This document shows, piece after piece, positions 13,210 to 24,700 of a stretch of DNA of 64,000 nt (positions are counted from its first letter, which is position 1; the number at the start of each line of letters is the position of its first letter). The position numbers and the translations under genes are program-made. The notes below the pieces were generated by a model. The model did not search any database and was not told the DNA's origin. It saw nothing but the letters and a program-made list of their open reading frames with translations. This stretch comes from Eimeria praecox (lineage: Eukaryota), in the NCBI GenBank assembly GCA_963920595.1, contig OY986946.1, positions 310,001-374,000 on the forward strand, read 5' to 3'.

Positions 13210-14360
13210 CAAACACTGCCTTTTGATTTTCTGTCCTTTCGGCACTCAGCAATATGTCCGCCTGTAAGCCCGATGACTCGCGAACTAGGGCTGTTCCCAT
13301 CAGCATCAAGCTACATATTCCACCAGCGAGTAACACCTTGTATAATAACTGTACGCCAAAGCAACGTACGTGCGAATTGCTGGTCCAAACGTTTGGAGGC
13401 AAAGAGGAAGCGAGGTTATTGCAACAACACCGAAGCAAGGCATTAAGGGGAAAGACTGGAGGAACAAAAAAATGCTGACTTCAAGGAAGCAGGCTCCCCT
13501 ACTGTTCATGCGGCATCATTACTTTTCAACATTAGGGGCCTGCAGAGTTTCCTTTACAACCGAGCTCTCCGCCAGAAAAGGCATGCATTAGTCTCCTGGT
13601 GGGGGCAACTGGTAAGCATGCAAAGAGTGTCTGATGAATGCTGCAACTGCATGCAGGGCAAAAACCACAGTCATGCCTTGTTTGCTTTGACAACTCCAGA
13701 ACTATCTAAGACTCCTTTTGAGGGTCCAGTGCTAAGTGAGTGTTTTTAATAAAAGGTGCCACGCTGGCGTAAATGCACCCTTTGGGCGCCTTACACAAGG
13801 AAATACCGAAGCATCTCAAACAGGAAATCGAATTCTCAGCATAAAGCATCATGATTGCAAAAGCATGTCAACATGTGCTTGCATAGTGAGTTTGCACAAA
13901 TGCCATCGCTTTAAGCCGTTAGCAATCATAAAATTGAAAGGTTACTTCGCATGCCTAACAGGTTCACGGTGTCAGCGACCAGTATCCTCAGAGTGGGCTG
14001 CATTCTTTAAGCCAGTGGATTGTACATAAACCGCTTGCAGGTGCGAAACCTGCAACTCCATTAACATCAGGCTGGAGTGCGGGCATAGGGTTATCTCCAC
14101 GTCACGATGGTAGTACCCGTTACTCCCTTGCAGATCCGCCACTCCCCCCCAAGCTGCGTGGCTCACTACCTAAGCATGGTTACACAAAGTAGAAGGCAGA
14201 GGCATTCTCTGCACAGCTGTCGAAACCATTCCTTGCGTCGATGTCATGCAGTGCATAAACATGCCACACTGATGCAAATGCACCTCTTTAGCGCCGAAGC
14301 GCCGAAACAGCGCAGGGGCAAACTGGAATTCTGCTTAACTCAGCATGATCGCAAGCGCAT
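13210..14360 (+). repeat. Old diverged duplication: 13210-13850 is homologous to ~42487-43140, and 13850-14345 is a diverged copy of the following ~500 bp
   Basis: Collinear shared words AAACACTGCC.TTTGATTT, TGA.TCGCGA.CTAGG, TTGTATA.TAAC, CACCGAAG, AGACTGGA and ATCATTACTT. ACTCCCTTGCA...GCTCACTA.CT.AGCATG occurs at both ~14122 and ~14617. Confidence 0.8.
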
Positions 14361-16199
14361 CCCTATACTTGCTTGCACATTAAGTGCGACCAAGAAACCT
14401 GTCTTCAACTCGTTTGCAATCACCCAAATTATGGCTTACTGAGTATTCTCCGTAGTTGCAGAATGGCCGTCAATGGCATTCACATTTCCAACTGCGCTGC
14501 CCATTAGCAGCTGTTGCTAAGTGTGTTGCAAATCCATGAATGCCTGCCTGAACTGTGGGCATACGGTAACCCCCAGTGCGCAGAGCACGTGCACGCTGCT
14601 TTTTTGCAAATCTGTAACTCCCTTGCATTTCTGTGTTGCTCACTATCTGAGCATGCCCGCGCAGAGTTATTCAAAGGGCAAAGAGGTACTTTTTGGGCGG
14701 TGACATGGTCGGAGGTAGCCATATTACAACGTCCTCAAGGCAGCACACCTAACACAGGTCATACGAGCCTGCAAAGCCCCTAAGCTCGCCGCAGTAGCCC
14801 ATCAAGCTGCCGCTTCCACTGATTTCTACCTCAATCCCTCGCACCAACGAATGCACAGACGCAGAGGGTAAATGCACTGCAAAGCGTTTGCATACACACG
14901 AGGAAGGCCATTGTCGAAGATGACGACGTCCCACCGAGGTTTTCAGGGAGCGTGTATGTGAAAGGCCTGTGGATCATCATTTATTTCCTCCAGGCATGGG
15001 AAGGCGGGGCAGCTGCCTTTGTAATCCTGCCATGCGGTTGCGAAGCCAGTAACGATGCAATGCTGCTAGGCATGAATTATTGGGTGGCAAGTACGCCTCG
15101 GCAGATCCCGCATAATCAGGGCCTCGCCTACACATCAGAGGGGACGTCTGTCAGCGCGATGCCCTAGCACAGTTTGCTTACTGTCGCGCCGCTACCACCT
15201 TCTTGCCCTCCAGCCGTGTCTTGCCGTCAGGAGGGCCTGTAGGCACACAAGCCGCATATCACTCTCAGCACTCTATAGAGCTCCAGCCAGGTCACTGCGT
15301 CAATTTTGCATTCTCGTTTTCATCATCTCTCCACTTAGACAAGCAACTGCAGACGTACATCCTGGAGAGTACCATTGGGGTTGCACACCACATAGTCGAG
15401 CAATAACGTACATCTGCGTGCAATCATAGCCACGGACATCTTCGTTACAAACGCCTATCAAGATGCGTGCCCACCTCGGCACGGCGTCTAGCTCACTCCC
15501 TTTGCGCCAGGATGCATATGCAGCATCTATACAACGACTTGAGTTTGCCGGCGTAAAACTGTCGCTTATTGTTCCACCTGACGGCAGCTAACAGATTCAT
15601 ACCTCGATGCTGTGTTGCTTACAACCTGTATGAAATGTCATATGTGCATAGCAGGGGGTTCTCTTTTGAACATGCCGCTGGGCTCCTCAATTGGGACATT
15701 GTAATGTTCCCAACCCCAGCCATTTCGGGATTCCCTAGAGAAGCCATTCCGATGGATCACCCACGCCGTGATCGACTCAAGGTATGAGAGCTCTTAACTC
15801 ATTCGCTTTAGCTACGTACGCGCAAAGGAATTAACGGTTGGTTCTATAGCACCATTAGTGGCGAGCAGGTTTCGGAATCGCCGTGTGCCAAGAATCTTAC
15901 TCCAGCTGCGCCGTACTGGCATGTTCGTAGCCCCGCAGAAGAATGGGTTTCCTCTTGTTTATTACAATGCATCCAAACCTGCGTGGTACTTCGAGCCTGT
16001 CCGCCACTCGTTTCCCACCCCTCACCCCCTTTACGGGGTGAAACTGGAATGCCAGCACGTTGTGAAGGACCTATCGTGCATCAGGAGCTATAGAAGAGCT
16101 TCCGATGGCTTCATATCAAACTACTGCCTGGAGGCTGTGCGATAGAACACGAACGCACGCTCTGCGGCTCACGTGCATCAATTCCAACAGACGAAGCGC

Positions 16200-18690
16200 T
16201 GCTGGCCATCGCAAAGGTTTTGCCCACTGCTGAACTTGCCCGTCGGCGTTGGTATAGCCCACCACAACGCATTTATTCAGGTCGATTGCTCACTTGCTGA
16301 GCAAAGCAGCAAAAATATAACTCTGGCCGTTGTTGCGCTTTCAAATATGCACCATGCATACGCTTTCCGTATGTACCAAATGACGAGCATCCCAAGCACT
16401 ATGTTGGGCTTGAGCGCAGCTCCGGCTTAATTGTGTGCTGAACCTGCGAACAAGCGCTTGTAATTGGAGACACGAAACAAACACTACTTCGTTGGAGAGC
16501 CTACTACAGACCCGTAATATATAATCTATCAACGTTCGCCCATCGTTTCACGCACAGACTGATTTACGAAAGTGCATGAGGACAGTCAGTTTTTCTGTCT
16601 GCTCCATCTAGGGTGTGACTCAACATCCCCGTCTAAAAGTTGATGGATCAACCAAAATACGGTGTCGCATTCGTGAGTCATGCTGACTTGTGCCTGAACC
16701 AGTAATGTCGCATGTATTAGGCCTCGCTATCGCATAAAATGGAAGCCTGAAGCAGAGGCATGCGCAAGGTGCAGTCTGCAGCGTACCTTCCACCTACACG
16801 CAGTTCGCATCCACCGATCGCAGCAGAAAGCAGGCCGGATAATTTTGAAGTTTGATCGCGTGACTCGTGATTTGATGGCACAATTCATCCATGCACACAC
16901 AGACTTACTCTCTGTATACCACCGTCCGATTCCACACCTGAACAGCCTAATGCCCCCCATGCAAAGCATCTCTACCATTTAAATGGCCATTTTCATCTTA
17001 CGAGCAGCTCTGCAAGTACGTCCTTTGCTGCACACGCGGCTCACTTTCTGTGCCGTGATATGCAGGCACGAACGATCAAAAAACTTCACTGCAGCATTTG
17101 ACATGCCACTTTACGTTGTTTTGCTAAACCCTTGCCATGCAGCTACGCCACTCTCTGAATCAACCACTTGCGTATTGGCTGAGTAGAGCAATGAACTACT
17201 GCTGAAAAAGCACAGCGTGTGCGCCTTGCAGGCAGCCGAAGTAAGGGTGCTGCATCCACGTTTTGCAGGATGCTGCCCACAGTCAAGAATTGCCCTACAC
17301 ACTCCATAAGTTCTAAGCACTCAGCCGTAAGCTTTGACTGTTGATCGAAGTAAGCTGAATCTATAGTCACTTTGATCATTCGATGGGGAAGGAAACCCAT
17401 CATGCATGCGCATTGTAAGCGTATCCCTGCGCCAAAACGGCACTGGGCATTTAAAGGCAAAGGGCCAAGCTTGTTGCCGATGCATGCGGCCACTAAAACA
17501 GGTGCACTTCGGTTACGCAAGGAACCGCCTTGCACGCGATTTCTGTAGGCCGTGCTCGCATTTTATTGGGTCCGCAAAAGCACGCAACAAGACGCACACA
17601 TTACTTACGAAGGTCTGACTAGACTGCATTTGCGCCTAGGGGTATTTATCAAGGCTACGTGCAGCTAACGCATATTCTGCACGCTCCATGCACTTCCTCC
17701 AAGAAGTGCGTTAGGGTACAGCGTTCACGCAACCGTGCCTCTGACCACTACCTGCACCTCAACCATCGCTTCGGCGGCAGACACGCCATAACCGCCCCAC
17801 CAGCAAGCATGCGCCCTTCACGTTTTCAGCCAGGGTTGAGGCAATGGCACGAGGTATTGGACTCTATCACCACAGCCTGCTCAAGTTCCTTCCTCTATTT
17901 GGCCCTTTAGCTTCGCGCCGCCAATACTCGATACGCTGCACACCACCTAACGGTCACAATCGCTTGTTTACACCTCGTGATGCACGTACGAAGATAACTG
18001 TACAAGCATCTCGCCTTGGATGCAACCCCGCATAAAGCAGAAATTTCTGGGGTGGCTGCCGCAGCGCCAGTACCACTGATCCTTCAAAGCGGCTACTGCG
18101 CAACTCCGCAAGCCTCTGTCAAGGCGTTTTGCATACTGGCTGTACCCAGCAACAACTGCGCGAAGTGTCAACGAGCATTCACAAAACTGCAATTCTTTCA
18201 TAAACGCTCCGACGGGCATTGGCAAGAGTTTTTCACGGCCCAAACAGCACGGCTTCTCGCAGCTCCACACGTATATCTAAATAAGTGCAGCCAGAGCGTT
18301 GCATCCAATTTTCATAGTCCGCCAACGAACGTGCGGGCTTCCGTCCTCTCAGCCAAAAGTGCACACAACGGAGAACAGATGGAGAGAAGCTTGCTTCCAT
18401 CCATTACTGAAGCCAGGCGTATACTTCATACAGCTGGCAAACCTAGGCAGGCCCAACAGCGCTTCGGCTGAGGGCATCGGCCAAAAGGCGCACAGCGCTT
18501 GTCAGCGCCGCTCAAGCGCCAGGAAATGGCACCGCTATCGCTTTGGTCATATCGCTTTGGTCATATCGCCCGCAAAACAATGCATGCTCCCAATGTAACA
18601 TCAAGCCTTTTGCAGCCCCTGAGCCCGTCGCAGGCACCGCTGATAGATCGCCGCTCACTACAATAATCTGTGCAAAACTACTGTTATTTC
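16200..18690 (-). pseudogene. Three degenerate SAG-like domain units leading into the 971-bp array
   Basis: Motif at 16288 (GCTCACTTGCTG), 17170 (GCGTATTGGCTG) and 18131 (GCATACTGGCTG), spaced 882 and 961 bp. Peptides: CLGCSS..SYIFCCFAQQV; FLTVGS/AKRGCSTLTSAAC..AVVHCSTQPI..FDRSCLH; and CCWVQPV. Confidence 0.5.
18536..18569. repeat. 14-bp tandem duplication private to duplication copy 1
   Basis: TATCGCTTTGGTCA occurs twice; the copy-2 homolog (~47365) has one unit. Confidence 0.85.
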
Positions 18691-18700
18691 TCCCTCCCAG

Positions 18701-21700
18701 CTCAGCATCCCCCCCATATAGGCCCCAAATGGCTAGACAGCTGCTGTGCAGCCTACTCTGCATACCCCCGACTCACTCGCTGGATGCACCAATGCATAGT
18801 CACAACGAAGACGCGCCTACTGCGTGCATCCTTCCGTGACTGCGTAACAGTGATGCAACGCAGGGAACCTAGACATCATGCCATGCACGGCCCTGCCCCA
18901 CCCAAACTGCACACCTCTCCCACACCTCTCCACGCAACTTTGAATCCATGCTATAGCCACGCTCCCCAAAACATCGCACGCCCATTTCGGCACACGCTCG
19001 CATCCTACCTTGACCGCCGCCCATGGCCCAGAATCGGCAATAAAGCAACACGCAAACCTTACAGTCGACGCCGAAGACAAGGCTTTGTGTTTCAGAGCAA
19101 GGAAATGCCAACGCACGCAATGGTGTGTTCCCCTTCCTGATGCTAACGGGATGTAAAATCCCTACACCGGCTCACAGCGACCTTCCCGGCCAAACACCTA
19201 CGCAACGGTGCATACAAACGGCACGCCTCCAATAGCCATGAACACCAACACAAACGCCACCGATACAGCCCCGCCCTCATTACCCATATATGTACCTGCG
19301 CATTCCTAAACCTCCCCGCACACTCAACCCTGCCCCGCCACACACCCTATCACTCACTATAGCTGGCTTCCCCCTTGCAACCTAAACCCCCACACCGACA
19401 CTCAGAAAGCATGTGCCTCTTCACAAGTCAATGCAGTGCACCCTAACTCTTCAAAATGCCCCCAAGCAAAACACAAAACAGATTCTGTCAATCCGCGCCT
19501 CCGCATGTAGTAAATACGTCGGCCCCATGCATCCACGCTGGCACGCAACGCTGCAAACGGCTGCAGCTTCTAGTGCATGGTGCAAACACCCCAATTCCTA
19601 TGCTTCACGATTGTCTGCGGCTTCATGCCATGCGCTCTACACGTCGAACCATAGACGTACCTCTCATGCACTCAGCATCACTGCCAAAACAGGCCCCAAA
19701 TGGATAACCAGCTGCTGTACAGCCTACTCTCCACACCCGGAGCTCACTGGCTGGACGCACCCATGCATAGTCACAACGCAGACGCGCTTACTGCGTGCAT
19801 CCTTCAGTGACTGCATAACAGTGATGCAACGCAGGGAACCTAGACATCATGCCATGCACGGCCCTGCCCCACCCAAACTGCACACCTCTCCCACACCTCT
19901 CCACGCAACTTTGAATCCATGCTATAGCCACGCTCCCCAAAACATCGCACGCCCATTTCGGCACACGCTCGCATCCTACCCTGACCGCCGGCCATGCCCC
20001 AGAATCGGCAATAAAGCAACACGCAAACCTTACAGTCGACGCCGAAGACAAGGCTTTGTGTTTCAGAGCAAGGAAATGCCAACGCACGCAATGGTGTGTT
20101 CCCCTTCCTGATGCTAACGGGATGTAAAATCCCGACGCCGGCCCACAGCGACCTTCCCGACCAAACACCTACGCAACGGTGCATACAAACGGCACGCCTC
20201 CAATAGCCATGAACACCAACACAAACGCCACCGATACAGCCCCGCCCTCATTACCCATATATGCACCTGCGCATTCCTAAACCTCCGCGCACACTCAACC
20301 CTGCCCCGCCACACACCCTAGCATTCACTATAGCTGGCTTCCCCCTTGCAACCTAAACCCCCACACCGACACCCAGAAAGCATGTGCCTCTTCACAAGTC
20401 AATGCAGTGCACCCTAACTCTTCAAAATGCCCCCAAGCAAAACACAAAACAGATTCTGTCAATCCGCGTCTCCGCATGCAGTAAATACGTCGGCCCCATG
20501 CATTCACGCTGGCACGCAACGCTGCAAACGGCTGCAGCTTCTAGTGCATGATGCAAACACCCCAATTCCTATGCTTCACGATTGTCTGCGGCTTCATGCC
20601 ATGCGCTCTACACGTCGAACCATAGACGTACCTCTCATACACTCAGCATCGCTGCCGAAACAGGTCCCAAATGGATAACCAGCTGCTGCGCAGCCTGCTC
20701 TGCACACCCGGAGCTCACTGGCTGGGTACACCAATGCATAGTCACAACGAAGAAGCGCCTACTGCGTGCACCCTTCAGTGACTGCGTAACAGTGATGCGA
20801 CCCAGGGAACCTAGACATCATGCCATGCACGGCCCTGCCCCACCCAAACTGCACACCTCTCCCACACCTCTCCACGCAACTTTGAATCCATGCTATAGCC
20901 ACGCTCCCCAAAACATCGCACGCCCATTTCGGCACACGCTCGCATCCTGCCCTGACCGCCGCCCATGCCCCACAATTGGCAATAAAGCAACACGCAAACC
21001 TTACAGTCGACGCCGAAGACAAGGCTTTGTGTTTCAGAGCAAGGAAATGCCAATGCATGCAATGGTGTGTTCCCCTTCCTGATGCTAACAGGATGTAAAA
21101 TCCCTACATCGGCCCACAGCGACCTTCCCGAGCAAACACCCACGCAACCGTGCATACAAACGGCACGCTTGCAAAGGCCATGAACACCGACACAAACGCC
21201 ACCGATACAGCCCCGCCCTCATTACCCATATATGCACCTGCGCATTCCTAAACCTCCCCGCACACTCAACCCTGCAACCCCGCACACCCTATCATTCACT
21301 ATAGCTGGCTTCCCCCTTGCAACCTAAACCCCCACACCGACACCCAGAAAGCATGTGCCTCTTCACAAGTCAATGCAGTGCACCCTAACTCTTCAAAATG
21401 CCCCCAAGCAAAACACAAAACAGATTCTGTTAATCCGCGTCTCCGCATGCAGTAAATACGTCGGCCCCATGCATTCACGCTAGCACGCAACGCTGCAAAC
21501 GGCTGCAGCTTCTAGTGCATTATGCAAATACCCCAATTCCTATGCTTCACGATTGTCTGCGGCTTCATGCCATGCGCTCTACATGTCGAACCATAGACGT
21601 ACCTCTCATACACTCAGCATCGCTGCCGAAACAGGTCCCAAATGGATAGCCAGCTGCTGCGCAGCCTGCTCTGCACACCCGGAGCTCACTGGCTGGGTGC

Positions 21701-24700
21701 ACCCATGCATAGTCACAACGAAGAAGCGCCTACTGCGTGCACCCTTCAGTGACTGCGTAACAGTGATGCGACCCAGGGAACCTAGACATCATGCCATCCA
21801 CGGCCCTGCCCCACCCAAACTGCACACCTCTCCCACACCTCTCCACGCAACTTTGAATCCATGCTATAGCCACGCTCCCCAAAACATCGCACGCCCATTT
21901 CGGCACACGCTCGCATCCTACCCTGACCGCCGCCCATGGCCCAGAATTGGCAATAAAGCAACACGCAAACCTTACAGTCGACGCCGAAGACAAGGCTTTG
22001 TGTTTCAGAGCAAAGAAATGCCAACGCACGCAATGGTGTGTTCCCCTTCCTGATGCTAACGGGATGTAAAATCCTTACAGCGGCTCACAGCGACCTTCCC
22101 GGCCAAACACCCACGCAACCGTGCATAGAAACGGGACGCTTAAAAAGGCCATGAACACCGACACAAACGCCACCGATACAGCCCCGCCCTCATTACCCAT
22201 ATATGTGCCTGCGCATTCCTAAACCTCCCCGCACACTCAACCCTGCCCCGCCACACACCCTATCACTCACTATAGCTGGCTTCCCCCTTGCAACCTAAAC
22301 CCCCACACCGACACCCAGAAAGCATGTGCCTCTTCACAAGTCAATGCAGTGCACCCTAACTCTCCAAAATGCCCCCAAGCAAAACACAAAACAGATTCTG
22401 TCAATCCGCGTCTCCGCATGCAGTAAATACGTCGGCCCCATGCATTCACGCTGGCACGCAACGCTGCAAACGGCTGCAGCTTCTAGTGCATGATGCAAAC
22501 ACCCCAATTCCTATGCTTCACGATTGTCTGCGGCTTCATGCCATGCGCTCTACACGTCGAACCATAGACGTACCTCTCATACACTCAGCATCGCTGCCGA
22601 AACAGGTCCCAAATGGATAACCAGCTGCTGCGCAGCCTGCTCTGCACACCCGGAGCTCACTGGCTGGGTACACCAATGCATAGTCACAACGAAGAAGCGC
22701 CTACTGCGTGCACCCTTCAGTGACTGCGTAACAGTGATGCGACCCAGGGAACCTAGACATCATGCCATGCACGGCCCTGCCCCACCCAAACTGCACACCT
22801 CTCCCACACCTCTCCACGCAACTTTGAATCCATGCTATAGCCACGCTCCCCAAAACATCGCACGCCCATTTCGGCACACGCTCGCATCCTGCCCTGACCG
22901 CCGCCCATGCCCCACAATTGGCAATAAAGCAACACGCAAACCTTACAGTCGACGCCGAAGACAAGGCTTTGTGTTTCAGAGCAAGGAAATGCCAACGCAT
23001 GCAATTGTGTGTTCCCCTTCCTGATGCTAACAGGATGTAAAATCCCTACATCGGCCCACAGCGACCTTCCCGAGCAAACACCCACGCAACCGTGCATACA
23101 AACGGCACGCTTGCAAAGGCCATGAACACCGACACAAACGCCACCGATACAGCCCCGCCCTCATTACCCATATATGCACCTGCGCATTCCTAAACCTCCC
23201 CGCACACTCAACCCTGCAACCCCGCACACCCTATCATTCACTATAGCTGGCTTCCCCCTTGCAACCTAAACCCCCACACCGACACCCAGAAAGCATGTGC
23301 CTCTTCACAAGTCAATGCAGTGCACCCTAACTCTTCAAAATGCCCCCAAGCAAAACACAAAACAGATTCTGTCAATCCGCGTCTCCGCATGCAGTAAATA
23401 CGTCGGCCCCATGCATTCACGCTGGCACGCAACGCTGCAAACGGCTGCAGCTTCTAGTGCATGATGCAAACACCCCAATTCCTATGCTTCACGATTGTCT
23501 GCGGCTTCATGCCATGCGCTCTACACGTCGAACCATAGACGTACCTCTCATACACTCAGCATCGCTGCCGAAACAGGTCCCAAATGGATAACCAGCTGCT
23601 GCGCAGCCTGCTCTGCACACCCGGAGCTCACTGGCTGGGTACACCAATGCATAGTCACAACGAAGAAGCGCCTACTGCGTGCACCCTTCAGTGACTGCGT
23701 AACAGTGATGCGACCCAGGGAACCTAGACATCATGCCATGCACGGCCCTGCCCCACCCAAACTGCACACCTCTCCCACACCTCTCCACGCAACTTTGAAT
23801 CCATGCTATAGCCACGCTCCCCAAAACATCGCACGCCCATTTCGGCACACGCTCGCATCCTGCCCTGACCGCCGCCCATGCCCCACAATTGGCAATAAAG
23901 CAACACGCAAACCTTACAGTCGACGCCGAAGACAAGGCTTTGTGTTTCAGAGCAAGGAAATGCCAACGCATGCAATTGTGTGTTCCCCTTCCTGATGCTA
24001 ACAGGATGTAAAATCCCTACATCGGCCCACAGCGACCTTCCCGAGCAAACACCCACGCAACCGTGCATACAAACGGCACGCTTGCAAAGGCCATGAACAC
24101 CGACACAAACGCCACCGATACAGCCCCGCCCTCATTACCCATATATGCACCTGCGCATTCCTAAACCTCCCCGCACACTCAACCCTGCAACCCCGCACAC
24201 CCTATCATTCACTATAGCTGGCTTCCCCCTTGCAACCTAAACCCCCACACCGACACCCAGAAAGCATGTGCCTCTTCACAAGTCAATGCAGTGCACCCTA
24301 ACTCTTCAAAATGCCCCCAAGCAAAACACAAAACAGATTCTGTTAATCCGCGTCTCCGCATGCAGTAAATACGTCGGCCCCATGCATTCACGCTAGCACG
24401 CAACGCTGCAAACGGCTGCAGCTTCTAGTGCATTATGCAAATACCCCAATTCCTATGCTTCACGATTGTCTGCGGCTTCATGCCATGCGCTCTACATGTC
24501 GAACCATAGACGTACCTCTCATACACTCAGCATCGCTGCCGAAACAGGTCCCAAATGGATAGCCAGCTGCTGCGCAGCCTGCTCTGCACACCCGGAGCTC
24601 ACTGGCTGGGTGCACCAATGCATAGTCACAACGAAGAAGCGCCTACTGCGTGCACCCTTCAGTGACTGCGTAACAGTGATGCGACCCAGGGAACCTAGAC

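Larger units (their letters stand above)
14363..18690 (+). repeat. ~4.3-kb segmental direct duplication, copy 1
   Basis: Near-identical to 43197-47505; the ORF track recurs at +28832 (14952/43784, 15858/44690, 16727/45559). Identity drops after ~17800 and more sharply after ~18470. Confidence 0.97.
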
